Shown: positions 1 to 12,497 of the stretch, piece by piece
Layout of the letters: every line of letters starts with the position of its first letter
Numbering within the stretch: position 1 is the first letter of the stretch
Assembly: GCF_964204645.1 (NCBI RefSeq)
Contig: NC_134028.1
Span: forward strand, 10,106,001-10,170,000
Direction of reading: 5' to 3'
From: Tubulanus polymorphus
Lineage: Eukaryota; Animalia; Nemertea
DNA length: 64,000 nucleotides
The notes under the pieces: generated by a model
The model's database searches: none
What the model was told of the DNA's origin: nothing
The model's input: only the letters and a program-made list of their open reading frames with translations
Made by a program: the position numbers and the translations under genes

Positions 1-11
1 GTGAGAAAGAA

Positions 12-308
12 ATGATATTTAACATTAATGATGTAATTACACAAATCAAAAATATTGCATTTTCTAATGAAACAACATTTAAGTATGAAAAAACAATAGA
101 TAAAGAAACTTTAAATGTAGAAAAGATTACTAATTTAATTAGAGAATCTTTAAGATTTTATGAATTAGATGAAGATTTTATCATCGATGATATTAAAAAA
201 ATAATAATTGAAATATATACAAATGAAACTAGTAATGAAATAAATGTTGAATTAATCATCACTAAGATAACTAAATATTTTGAAGATAGTAATTTTTTCG
301 ATAAATAA
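12..308 (+). CDS. Polinton hypothetical protein (5'-truncated by the window; homolog of 62233..62586)
   Basis: Near-identical to residues ~21-117 of the 117-aa ORF in copy C. Confidence 0.75.
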   Translation: MIFNINDVITQIKNIAFSNETTFKYEKTIDKETLNVEKITNLIRESLRFYELDEDFIIDDIKKIIIEIYTNETSNEINVELIITKITKYFEDSNFFDK

Positions 309-530
309 ATGAGTGATAATAAGTGGATAATAACCGGATTATACAATGGAGCATTACTATCAGTTGGAACTGTTGGTTCTTCAATGGTATTAAAAAAAGT
401 ATTTAAAATGGGAAGTGTTAATGTTGATAGATTTGATATAAATGATATTTTAAAATTAACATTAGCAGTTACTTTATCTTATTTAACTATTGATTATTTG
501 GAAAAACAAAAATATATTCCTCCCATATAA
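309..530 (+). CDS. Polinton small hydrophobic protein (73 aa)
   Basis: Intact, TAAATG start, near-identical to 62008..62229. Confidence 0.75.
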   Translation: MSDNKWIITGLYNGALLSVGTVGSSMVLKKVFKMGSVNVDRFDINDILKLTLAVTLSYLTIDYLEKQKYIPPI

Positions 531-554
531 ATGCATAATTTTTTTGCTAAATAA

Positions 555-977
555 ATGGCTTCTGCAATTATAACTATTATAGGATCGGCAATTGTTTACG
601 CTTTAGCATTTACTGGTGGCGGTTATTTATTTAGGCATATTGATAAAAATAGTTCATTAGGAGAACAAAGAAGACATAACTTAGCATTAGAGAAATACAA
701 TAAAGCAGCAGAAGAATACAGAGAAAAACGACAAAACTATATGGATTATATTAACAAGGAATTATATGATCAGAAGATTTCACATAGAGATTTTCAATCA
801 GTTGATGATGCAATGAGTTTATATAACGCGGTAACAAATAAAGAAAAATTACATCTATACAAACCTAAATTATCAGATTATTATACCCCAAGTAAAGAAC
901 AACAGAAATATGAAATAATTTGGATTTTAGGGGGAACAGTTATTGTTATATTTGTTGCTTATAAGTTTACTAATTAG
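555..977 (+). CDS. Polinton predicted membrane protein (140 aa; hydrophobic N- and C-termini, coiled coil)
   Basis: Intact, TAAATG start; homologs at 25432..25743 and 61560..61982. Confidence 0.8.
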   Translation: MASAIITIIGSAIVYALAFTGGGYLFRHIDKNSSLGEQRRHNLALEKYNKAAEEYREKRQNYMDYINKELYDQKISHRDFQSVDDAMSLYNAVTNKEKLHLYKPKLSDYYTPSKEQQKYEIIWILGGTVIVIFVAYKFTN

Positions 978-997
978 TAATTTTTTTTGCTAAATAA

Positions 998-1432
998 ATG
1001 GATGATAATATTGATAATATTGATATATTTCCTCATGATATAAATAAAACTAAATTAAAAATATATTTAGAAAAACAAATATTAGAATTTGAAAGTGATT
1101 TAAAAGTTAAAAAGAAAAAATATTTTAAAAGTAAAATTATATATTATTTGATTATAAGTGGTTCGGTTACAAGTAGTTCTGTAATAATATTTCTAGCAAT
1201 ATTCAGCCCATTTACACCTTTAGCTATATCAATTGGTGTATTAGGATTAAGTTCAAGTGTTTTAACTGGTATAAGTTCAAAATTAAATATAAAAAGTAAT
1301 AAAGAAAAAATTAAAACTAATATAAAAGAAATTAATAAATTAAAAAATACACTAGATTATATAATAAGTTTAAATGGCCATATAACAGTTGAAGAACAAG
1401 ATAAATTATTAAAAGAATTAATACATTATTAA
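998..1432 (+). CDS. Polinton two-TM coiled-coil protein (144 aa)
   Basis: Intact, TAAATG start, central hydrophobic hairpin; disrupted homologs at 25769..26199 and 61106..61540. Confidence 0.8.
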   Translation: MDDNIDNIDIFPHDINKTKLKIYLEKQILEFESDLKVKKKKYFKSKIIYYLIISGSVTSSSVIIFLAIFSPFTPLAISIGVLGLSSSVLTGISSKLNIKSNKEKIKTNIKEINKLKNTLDYIISLNGHITVEEQDKLLKELIHY

Positions 1433-1448
1433 TTTTTTAATTATATAA

Positions 1449-2837
1449 ATGGCAGATAGTTTTCCAAAATCTTTCCAATATAATAAACCAATTAAATATA
1501 ATATTCCTGCAATAGATTTTAATAAAGATATTACATATAGAAATGAAGTTTTAGATTCATTAACTAATTTAGAAATTTATGTTACTGAAACTAATAATTT
1601 TAATGCAAAGATGGAAAATATATTTCATGTATATTTAATTAATTTTAAAAAATTGAAAGATGAAAAACAATGGTTATTAAAATCTAATATGAAGTATTGG
1701 CAGAACCAATTAAATTTTGCAGTTTATTGTGCAACAACAGGATGTGTAATTAGTTGGAATGATCATTTGAATAATTCTAAATATAAATTAATTCAAAGTT
1801 TATTTAGATTTCATACATACTTTCAAATAAGAATAATATTAAATGAATTAGAGTGTGCTTTACCAGGATCTAGATATTTTAAAGAATTAGATAATAATAT
1901 TAATTTATCAAAGTTTTATAAAATTTGCAATGAATTTAATATAGATATAAATAATTCTGATTTTAGAACAAAAATTGGAACAATAAGATCACTTCCTTGC
2001 CCTAAAAAGATTGCAGAATATTGTGCACTTCCCATACCATCTAATAGCTTTTATAATATCTATAATAATAAATTAGGTTATGGTAAAATAGAAACTAAGG
2101 ATTTCGAAACATTAAATTTCAATAAATTACCGAAATTTTATGATCATTTAAAACAACACAACAATATTGGTTGGGTTTATTTCATTTTAAAAAATAGTGA
2201 AGGTTTTACTAAATCAGGTATAGAAAGAATAAATCAATCTATTAGAACTTATTTGATATGTATTCTAGGTGCGCAAGTTGAAACAAGATCCCAAATAATT
2301 GGAAATTTAAATACATCATTTGATACACAGAAACAATTCAAAGTATTATTTGAAGATTCAATTCATAATGATAAAAATAGATCGATTCCGGAAAACATTG
2401 TAAGATATCAAAATTATCTAGATAAATCACATATTAGATTAAATTATTGTATAGGCCCTAATCTATTTATTATTTCTAATGATTTAGTATTTAAGATGGG
2501 AAATATAATTGGTTATAATAATCTAATTAAAACTGCAACAATAAATAATTCATTTGGATTAAATGATATAAATAAAAAGATAATTACTGCTCCAAAATCA
2601 ATGGAAGGTGAAAAAAATAAAAAACACATTCAATCAACAGAAACTAAAACTAATAATATTAAATTAAATAATGATTCTAAAATAAAAGATTACAATACAT
2701 CAGAAAACATTAGAGCTGATAATATTCAACATGAAATAATTAAACTAAATGATGCTAATAAATCCCATGAAAATACTAAATTAGCTATAACTTGTATAGG
2801 AATTGTAATCGGAGGAATCTTATATTTTAAATTTTAA
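1449..2837 (+). CDS. Polinton conserved protein of unknown function (462 aa, C-terminal TM anchor)
   Basis: Intact; motif WQNQLNFAVYCATTGC; same length and highly similar to 26216..27604. Confidence 0.85.
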   Translation: MADSFPKSFQYNKPIKYNIPAIDFNKDITYRNEVLDSLTNLEIYVTETNNFNAKMENIFHVYLINFKKLKDEKQWLLKSNMKYWQNQLNFAVYCATTGCVISWNDHLNNSKYKLIQSLFRFHTYFQIRIILNELECALPGSRYFKELDNNINLSKFYKICNEFNIDINNSDFRTKIGTIRSLPCPKKIAEYCALPIPSNSFYNIYNNKLGYGKIETKDFETLNFNKLPKFYDHLKQHNNIGWVYFILKNSEGFTKSGIERINQSIRTYLICILGAQVETRSQIIGNLNTSFDTQKQFKVLFEDSIHNDKNRSIPENIVRYQNYLDKSHIRLNYCIGPNLFIISNDLVFKMGNIIGYNNLIKTATINNSFGLNDINKKIITAPKSMEGEKNKKHIQSTETKTNNIKLNNDSKIKDYNTSENIRADNIQHEIIKLNDANKSHENTKLAITCIGIVIGGILYFKF

Positions 2838-2847
2838 TTTTTTTATT

Positions 2848-4554
2848 ATGTTAATGGATGTAGAAGGTGGAGAAGATATTCCAATGGATCCTTTAGATGA
2901 ACCTGGTATAAGTGATGAACAACCACCTGATTTTGATGAAACAAGTTTTAGTAATGATGATAAAACAGAATATAATACTAATTTAGGTGAAGATGATGAT
3001 TATGATGATGAAACGCGTAAAGAATTTAAAGAATATATGACAGCTACCGAAAGGGAAGTTATTAGAACCGCAACATCTAGAAAGGATTTAATGAAAAGAT
3101 AAGTAAATACAACTGATCCTCTTATGAAATATCAATTAAAATTAATGAAAAATAGAGTAATATATACAATTGTTAACGCATTATTACCAAAAGATGTAAT
3201 AGATAAAGTTGACACAGAAGATATTGTAGATAAGATTTTAGAATATGACCCATTTTTCATGAATAATTTAGAATTTAAAAATGATTCATGGTATTATAAT
3301 GTTGAATTAAATAACAAAACTGCATCAATACAATTATCTAGAATTGGTCAAGAAAATATTTTTGAACCTGATATGTTAGCAAGATCTACAATTGAACATT
3401 CAAAAGGTGGCACAGAATTGTTCAGAATTATATGGAATGCACTCGATAGAATAAATGAAGAAGAACCAATTCCTAAAATTAATATTAACAAATATTCACC
3501 ATTTAAAAATCGAAATCCAAATCCTACTGATGTTGATCCAGAAATGGAAGAGTATGGAGATCGATTAGATAAATTAAGAACATCAACACCAGAAACATCG
3601 AGAAGAGATATTCAACAAATTAATAATGATTCAAGCCAATTACAATTAGGAAAACATTTAGATAACTTACTGGATACAATGAATTCATTTGAAGAAGATA
3701 TGATTAGTGTTTTAGATGCACCCGGTGCTGAAACTGGAATAAATCGAATACAATCTTTACTAGAAAAAGGATTATTTGATTTAACTGATGATGAATTAGA
3801 AGCATTTCCTGAACAAGCACGTAGAGAAATTAAAGGTATGCAAGAATCAGCTGGTGAAATTGCTAATATTAAGATGAGATTTTCTAAAATAACCATGTTA
3901 GAAAAAGAATTAACTAATGTAAATGAAGAATTAAAACAATTAGAATTAAATAGAGATCTTCAATTAATCGAGGAAGCTGATTATGAAAGCAGAAAGTTAG
4001 CTTTAGAAAAAGAAATAGATGATTTAAAATATAACAAAGAATTACAGGAAAAAGAAATAGATACATTATTAAAATCATATGATCTTAATCATATTAAAAA
4101 ATTAAAAGTTATTTTTAAAGATTTGTTGATAAAACCAGATTCTAAAATATCATTGAAAGATAGAATAAAATTATTATTTAAGTTAGAAGGTATAACAATT
4201 CTTTTAATTCTAACAGCTGTAACTATGTTATTTACAACAATTGGTTTAGCAATATCAAATGCTTTAAAATCTACTCCCACTCCCAATAAACCAGATAAAC
4301 CCCCAAATGATAATAATTCTATACAAGATAAAGTTAAAGATGGTTTAAAGAAATTAGCAAAATATTTATGGGAACTATCTAAAAAATCTGCTGCAGCATT
4401 GCCAGGAGTAATTGCATCAATTGTTGATTTTATATTGAAATCTGCAGGAAACATTATTAACTTTGCTGCTGAACATATTATTTTATTTTTAATTACAGTT
4501 GTAAGTGCAATTATTTTTGGTTTAGTAAATATGATAACAAAAAATATCAAGTAA
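2848..4554 (+). pseudogene. Polinton large coiled-coil/membrane protein (acidic N-terminus, C-terminal hydrophobic helices), one in-frame stop
   Basis: ORFs 2848..3102 and 3124..4554 share a frame, separated by TAA 3100-3102; C-terminal third shared with copies B and C. Confidence 0.8.
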
Positions 4555-4594
4555 ACATGATAAAAAATAGATAATTAATTTTTTTGTTAAATAA

Positions 4595-4972
4595 ATGAGT
4601 GGGAGTTATATCAATCCTTCAAAGAATCATAGAATATCTAATGCTATTAAAGCAGAAAGATCACATCATATAATTACTCATAACCCTTCTAATATTAATC
4701 CCGATGAAACTTTATATGTTAGAATCCCTCGATTAACACAAAATACTTTTTATGTTCCAAATAGTATTTATTTATCAGCCGATATAAAAGTAATCGGTAA
4801 TAATAATAATTATGTTGTTGATAATGTTGGAAGATATTTGATTAAAAAATTAACTATAAAGATTGGACCAGAAACAGTTTTCTCATTAGATGATTATAAT
4901 TTATTTATGCATTATAAAGATTTATGGTTAACTAAAGAAAATAGAAATAATATGATATTTCAAGGCATCCAA
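4595..4972 (+). pseudogene. Major capsid protein (double jelly-roll type), 3'-truncated
   Basis: Matches the N-terminus of 29097..30343 up to ...IFQGIQ, then runs into unrelated sequence. Confidence 0.75.
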
Positions 4973-5125
4973 AACACATTATTCTTCGAAAATGGAATTA
5001 TTAAATTCGTGGAATCAGTTGTAAAGCTGAAAAAAGAAATACGGTTATGATTGGGCCAGGATAAAGACAAAGCAATAAGCAACCTGGCAGACTAGGTTGA
5101 GGCAAATGTATGATTCATCAGTGGA

Positions 5126-5226
5126 ACACTGACCGAGGCTACAATATTGTAACCTAGGTCGGTTGACTCGCGCGGATTTATCTGCATACACTGACCGAGG
5201 CTACAATATTGTAACCTAGGTCGGTT
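5126..5226. repeat. Two direct copies of a ~39-bp unit containing a 30-bp imperfect palindrome
   Basis: acactgaccgaggctacaatattgtaacctaggtcggtt at 5126 and 5188. Confidence 0.85.
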
Positions 5227-8200
5227 TACTGCATTATATTTGCAGTATTCACTACTAATCCAAGATTAAGATCAGTCAGTTAACTTGATCAGTTTTTTAA
5301 GTTATTGCTGGTCCGATATCAGTCGGTTGATTTGTAGTTTTGACTAACTAGGAATCCAAAAGTGTTTCAGTCAAACGTCTCCTATCATTGAGAAATGACT
5401 TGAATAGTTAGGAATGTACATCGTACACGTTCCAAATTAAGGGTTTAAAAGAAGTTTAAGTGAGAGCCTTATACTTATATTGCGCAATTGCCATGATTGA
5501 TACGAAAACGTTTCTAGAATCGGATGACAATTTATATAGAATTGGAGTCAGATGTGCATTGTTTTGGGAGTGTTCGAACTTCGCTGAATCACTGAGTCGT
5601 TGATTATTATATTAATTTCGCTGATTTGAATTTACGCTCAATCCATGCACATTTTACATATTCTAGAAAAAATGTTTCATTTGACCGATTCATTGATAAA
5701 TTTCGTTACATATATTCTATAAAAATTCAGTTGGATTACGGTAACGAATCTATTTTGCGGAGAGCGGTAACGGCTTTCGGCTTAAGGAATCGGTACTTCG
5801 ATGTAGTCTTACAGCTTTAATAGTGATTCGCCCTGGGGACGCGAGTTTCAGATATGACACAAAAATATACAAAAAATCGTGACGATTGTAAGTTGAGCAA
5901 CGATTGAAATGAAATCATTTGACTGCTGGATGTAATCACAAATAACAAATAAACTGACGCCGAAATAGTCTACCTTTCAATTCAGTTTGTTTTCCATAGT
6001 AGCTGTTTGAAAGAGTCTACTGCTGAAAAGTGACTGTTGTAAAACATATGATGTGCTAGTGTGAAGCATTTTGATAGTGCACACTGGCAGTAGATGTGAC
6101 TGTAACCAACCGATTGTAAACAGCGACTTAGTAATAGTAACTCCTATCACAATAGCTACTCTCAAAACACATCGTTTCTAAAAGTCAACTAGTGAAAAAT
6201 GACCATTTTGAGATGGCGCAGTAATTTCCTGTTCAAAATAGCCACATCTGTTAAAGATTTGCAGTGATACGTGACAGGGTCAAAGGTACTGTTAAACCCC
6301 ATATGCTTTGTATACAGAACTCAGTATGCTTTGAATACAGTTCTGTCAATAGAAATCCTAGTTTCTGAGTTGCTAAGAACCCCCTAAATTATATCACGCT
6401 CAACAAAATGGGAATAACCAATAGGAAAACTATTGATTAACATCATTATGGATTAAATCCTTTAAAACAAGTATTGTGCCAGATCTAATTTAGAATTTTA
6501 TGATTTTTGTTTTATATTTGCGATTATAAAACATGCTGGTGCATTCATACTGTCATAAATCTTTGATTCTGTGGAAATGAATTTGTCTTCAAGGATATAT
6601 GAGAGACGAAAATACAAATAAAATCACATGTTCATGAAATGGATTATGTCTTTAGATCTTTTTACTTGGATGAAAGACTACAAAAATTTTCCCCAAAAAT
6701 GTATCTAAAATACTTAGAATTAACCTACAATTGTTGTTTATTTCGATAATCAATTTCTAAGTAATCCATCACTTTGTCAGGCTGTTCTCTGCTTGTTCGT
6801 TTATGAATATTGAACCCTTTTATCGCTTGTTAGAATTGATACCTTAACCGAAATTTCATTTCATAGTTATACAGTCTGGTTGAAATGATATTACAACTTC
6901 TAATATAAGGTCAAAATAATAGTTCATGCTATTATAATCTAATACCCATTACTTACTGAGCGTATGCTAGTGAGAATAAGCCTAACAATTATCATTATTG
7001 ATTGAATAAATACTGAAATAAATTCAGTTGAGATGTTCACGTAGTTTTGAAATCAGTTATTCCAATTTGATAAAAAAAAACCTCTTCTGGTCTAAGTAAA
7101 AGAATGCAAGGCTGAAATTTCAGTTTCACATGCTTTCCTACTTTGTTGAGTAAATTGTTTGTATAGGTTATCAAAAACCCAGCAGCAGCTATTAGTCAAC
7201 AGGTGAATTACACTGGCTAACTAGACAGTGTCTGATGAACGAATAAACAAACTGCACTGACCACCAAAAATAATGACCTCTTAATAGTAATAAACTTAGC
7301 ACCTCAAAACTCTATTTGAAGATGCCAATGAAATAAAATGCCAATGAATCGCTGAATTTTAAGGTACTTCATCAGTTTTTTTTCCAATATAACTCATTTT
7401 CTCAAATTATCGTAAAATAAAAACTACTTTTATATCAGTGGCACCATATTCTACGACAGAAGTGCATTCAGAGTAAGAATAACGTTACCAATACGTTAAA
7501 TTGGAAGTGAATGCAGGCTAGGACCAACAAAGGTGCCGATTTAAGATGCCGATATACATGGAATCTAAATGAATCTAAACGACTAAATGACCCGAAGTAG
7601 TCGAATAGAACACTAATCAGATAAATGAAGAAATTCCGCAATAAAATTTTATACGATGACATTTAATTATCAAAGTTAAACCACGAGAACGTTCGGATTT
7701 TCAGTGACTGCCATCTCACTTAAAGCTCAAATCACTGGAATGTCTACATTCCACCTGATAATGGCTGTTAGTCAACAGTCAAAACGTTGCGGTTTCATCT
7801 CAACACATTTCATCATATTAAGAGTTCTGTTACGGTATTTCTTCATTCATGACCCCACGGTGAAGATCACCAGAGGCCGTTACCGTACTCCAAATGAAAT
7901 CTTGAATAATATACGAAATTTCTTATTTCTATTAAATTCGGCCTCAGATCGGAAGATTTCTTTAGAATGCATTGATAGATCCACATAAATCCATTATAGG
8001 TACCGCATTTTTTACTTTAAATCAACGATTCAGCGATATTAATATAAAATCATGGGAGGTTCGAACACTCCAAAATGCACATCTTAATTTTATGATGCAA
8101 AGACATCCAGACCCCCTTTGAAAATAAACCACCATTTCAATAATGAGAGGTTAGCCTGAATTTATGATTACACTTCTAATTAAAGAAATTAAATCAAAAT

Positions 8201-9280
8201 ATGAATGCAGACATGCTTGTAAATAGCTGCATTTGTTAAAATCGAATTCTTCATTAAACTAATATCGCCATCCATAAAAAGAAGGAAATTTCGATTCATC
8301 GTAAAATCCAAAACCAATGACAATTTGTAAACTAATTTACTCCAATCTCGATTTTTATTTGTTAGACTATCTTCAGAGCTTAACTGAGTCACTCAAAATA
8401 CAACTATACCCCAAACTATAGGCTGAGAATAGAATTTTCCACTAGTTTCTCAGTGTGTCCATGTTGTCATGTATCACCGCATATCTTAAGTGGCTACTAA
8501 GTAAAAGTAGACGTTTAGGCTCAAATGTGCGATAGACATGTTCTTGGTTTCAGGGAACAATACATAGACATGGGGCCAGGCCCTCGTCCACTTTTCTGTA
8601 AAACCGTTATTGTCGTATTTCTGCATAGCGTTACATTCTGAAATTCTTCAACAGTTCGTGGGCTTAAGATTTTAACCTTCATTTTATACATTAGATATTC
8701 TTAGCCTCCTTGAATCTATTGTAATCGTTATTATCCTTTTTACATAAAACATGCCTGAAATTGTGAGCATATACCATTCCTAATTTCAACTAAGAAAGTG
8801 CTCAGAAAGCACCTAAATGCATCTAATTCTTCAAAGACCACACCCCTTTTGTGCCTTATTCACCTGTGGCCCTTCTCCAACAGATAGATTCTCGAACATT
8901 TATCTAAATTACTCAATGGCATTTATTTCAAGTCTGCCCCCCGCGATCATGCCACTCTCCAAAAGCATCTACTTTTCAGTTTGGATTTGCTTGCCAGATT
9001 CCCTGTTATAAATAGCGACATGTGCTTCATATTTGCAGTGATACGTGACAATATAAACAGTGTATAAACAGTAGTGCAAAATGTATGCATCCACTATAGT
9101 TTTCAGGGCAGTTAAAATCTAAAGATTCTGAATATGCTCCTTGAGGATGTGAAATATATGAGAGATAAAACTCTAACCGATAACCATCGAGCTAAATCTG
9201 TTTGTATAATGTGATAAGTTTTGAAGTTTTAAGATTAATCGAAATTGCCTTTATTTCATTGCAATAATTTAATGAAAATT

Positions 9281-9550
9281 CAATTATTATTTGAATATAT
9301 TTGATTATATGAATTTGTGTATTGTAAATAAATCAATTGGTCGCGGAGCGGAGCGGTAGCGAAGTGGAGCGACCAATTAAATACAATATGCTTTTTAAAT
9401 TATTGATATCTTAGAATAAATATTTAGTTTTAATATAAAATGCACACGGTTATGAAAATATATTATAGTTTTAAATTACTTTTAATGTTTTGTTTTTTAA
9501 TGAGCTCGACCGTTCGACCTTTGGTATGAAAGCCCATTACCCCTATTACT
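9281..9550. repeat. Orphan Polinton terminal repeat (right-end orientation, ends ...cccctattact)
   Basis: Matches ~36735..36984 of copy B, including the terminal CCCCTATTACT and the GC-rich hairpin tip. Confidence 0.9.
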
Positions 9551-9770
9551 TTGGTCACTCGAGATGCTTCATATTTTCAAATAAGGCAAATTATACTGAA
9601 CTCACATTTTTATACCGCAACAAACAAACAATAGTTTTGCAACATCTTGATTCTGACAGGGCCAGTCTTTGGGCAGAAGATGTGTCTAGGGTAGATACAC
9701 GTGTAACCCAAATATCAAGACATTACCTTGAAGTGTCTTCAAAACTTCCCAAAATAACTGGATTCCGTCT

Positions 9771-9843
9771 ATGGACGGACGGACGACGGACGAGAAGTGA
9801 ACGCACTAGCCCGCTGGGACTAAAGTCCCAAGTGGGCTAAAAA
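9771..9843 (+). mobile_element. Probable 3' end of a HINE/DINE-1-like (Helentron-associated) non-autonomous element
   Basis: (ggac)n microsatellite followed by stem-loop tagccc-gc-tgggact-aa-agtccca-agt-gggcta (9807..9839) and an A-run, the usual 3' layout of these elements. Confidence 0.55.
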
Positions 9844-9890
9844 CAGGATTATATTGTTGGAAGAAACTGTTATGTGACAATGATTCTTAT

Positions 9891-10775
9891 ATGGGACAAA
9901 TGATGCGAGAGATGGACAATCATCAAGCAGTTTACTATTACCAGGCACCTCAGCAGCAGCACCAACAACAACAACACTACACCGACGATAATCCCCAACC
10001 CATTACATCATACCAGAATGAAGAGCCAGATTTTTCACCAACGTTACAACTTGGTGCTGGTATCCTGAACATGGATTCCAGAAAACTGGTTGTTAAAGAG
10101 AAGTCTACTTCTGTTCATACTGTCACGCACGACATACTCTCCGAAGCCATTATGTCTATGTCCCTAGGTTTTGGGTCCACATACGACAACATATCAACTG
10201 TGGAATTTCAAGAATCAATACAGCCCCATTTTCAAGAACCAGTACAAGAACAGAGAGAATTTACAAACCCGGTTTCGGGTTATTTATATCAACTACCAGA
10301 GCCGCAACAACAGGTCCAGAAGATAGAAAAAACCGATTATGCCTGTATACTATACGACAGATAAATTTCAGCTAGGAGAAACCTTGTTGAGTCTACTTCA
10401 ATCGTTCCCTATACCAGAGACAAAACCAGACTCACCCAAAGAGACAGCAGCACCAATATCCAAGTCAGAACAGTCACACACACCAGAACCATCGAAAGAG
10501 GAACACATTATCATAAGCGAAGAAGATAATGAACTGATTGGGCAGCGGAAACAGCATATATTCGACAACCAGGTATGGACGAATTGATAAACACCAACTG
10601 TCAAAAGGAGAACATGATAGAATTGTACGAATCGTTGGATTCCAAGTTCAGTACGGATATTATCAAACAATCATACCAGATTGAAGTGCCAGATTTTTCA
10701 CCAACGTTACAACTTGTGGAAGAATTCTTTGAGGCGGAGGCGTCTGAAAAATTGGAACAATTTGCTCCAGTTGGT
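9891..10775 (+). pseudogene. Degraded Gln/Glu/Pro-rich ORF of unknown origin
   Basis: Three overlapping frameshifted ORFs; peptide PDFSPTLQL occurs twice (~10025 and ~10689); interrupted by the Penelope relic. Confidence 0.35.
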
Positions 10776-12358
10776 CTCCCCCCGAAGGTCGCAACACCAA
10801 ACTCGATCTTTACATCACCAGCTTCAGAAACAGAGTCAGATCAGAAATCATCAACACCGGACCTAAAACTCAATACAATCTCACTACAGCAGAACGAAAC
10901 GCCATACTCACACTCAGAAACAACGGAGACATCATCATCAAACCTGCTGACAAAGGAGGCGCCACTGTCATCATGAATCGAAACGACTACATCAACGAAC
11001 CACACCGCCAACTTCACAACACCGACTTTTACAAAAAAACTCGACCAAGACCCCACCAGCCAATTTACCAAAGAATTCAAACAACTTATCAAACCTCTAC
11101 CCACCGAATGGAAGAACTATCTACTCGCTACAATACCAGCTGATCTACACTGGGCACCTTCTACATTCTCCCGAAGATACACAAGAAGAATAACCCCGGA
11201 CGCCCAATCATCTCCGGCATCGGGACCATCATCGAGAATATATATCTGGCTACATAGATCATCTCCTACGTCCATACGCAGCGAACACACCCAGCTACGT
11301 ACAAGACACCACAGATTTCATCAACAAACTCGCAAACATCAAAGACCTCCCAGCAGACACCCTACTCGTCACTATGGATGTCACAGGTCTCTACACCAGC
11401 ATACCACATGAAGATGGACTCACCGCGATTTCCAGAACCTTACCTAACAACGAAAACTCACAGACCATCATCGATCTCACCAAGTTAATACTTGGACACA
11501 ACAACTTCAAATTCAACGGATCGCTCTTCATCAAGACCAAGGGCACAGCTATTAGCACCCGAATGGCTCCCCAATTCGCCAACATATTCATGTCTGTCTC
11601 TGAAGAAGACTTCCTCCAAACTCAGCAGCACTCACCACTTTTATACAATCGATTCATCGACGACGTCTTCATCATTTGGACGCGTGGGCTTGAAAAACTA
11701 CTTGAATTCCACAGAAACTTCACCAACTTTCATCCATCTATCGAACTCAGTCTCGAACACTCGCCTCTTCAAATTCCTTTTTAGACACTCTAGTCAAAAT
11801 CATCAACGGCAAACTCGAAACATCGCTCTACAGAAAACCTACTGACACCTACAGCTCCCTTCACGGCACCAGCTTTCACCCACCACACACCACGAGATCC
11901 ATCGTCTTTAGTCAGGCCATTCGCCACCAAAGAATCTGCTCCAACACTCAAGACCGCGACCAACACCTACAACAACTGAAAAATGCGTTCCGCTTACTCA
12001 AGTACAACCCTGAAACCTTCGACCAACAAATCGCTCTCGCTACTCACATACCCAGAGATAGAACACTCCAATACAACCCCCCGCGTCTGAAGAAACCGAA
12101 AGAATCCCCATCGCAGTCACCTACAGTCCGCGCCTACGCAGAATCCAACGAATCATATCAGATTTCCAACCCATAATCGAAGAGAATGATCATCTTCGCG
12201 ACATACTACCACCAAGACCAGTCATAGCGTACCGCCAACCAGCAAACCTAAGAACAGTCCTCATCAGCAGCAAACTATCCACCGAAGAAGACTCAGATAA
12301 CAAATACACGCGCCCCTGCAAAAATCTAGATGTCAACTCTGCCCTCTCATCAACTCGT
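10775..12358 (+). mobile_element. Penelope-like retroelement RT relic, frameshifted, truncated before GIY-YIG
   Basis: Across frames: [73 protein letters not shown], ending at the Cys linker (C..RC.LC). Confidence 0.9.
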
Positions 12359-12497
12359 GAGGGTAACAGCCTACCCTGGCTTTCACTGTGCCCGGTCACA
12401 TAGAAAGATGTAATACTGTTTATATTATTATTGTTTGAAAAATGATTTTCTATGACGAAATAAATCAAATCAAATAGATTCGAATTGTGGGACTTCT

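Larger units (their letters stand above)
1..4972 (+). mobile_element. Polinton/Maverick-like endogenous virus, copy A (internal fragment of the virion gene module)
   Basis: AT-rich, intronless, tightly packed ORFs collinear and nearly identical to 25432..29480 (copy B) and 59000..62540 (copy C, reverse). Similarity stops at ~4972 inside the capsid gene. Confidence 0.9.

Noticed and set aside
4089-4550. Antisense ORFs (also 3612..3896, 59237..59689, 30699..31046 and others)
   Set aside because: Shadow frames of real genes on the opposite strand.
5126-5226. CRISPR array
   Set aside because: Only two repeats, no cas genes, eukaryotic TE context.
9490-9840. 116-aa ORF, and the similar ORF 36924..37145
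   Set aside because: Read-through from the non-coding TIR into flanking DNA.
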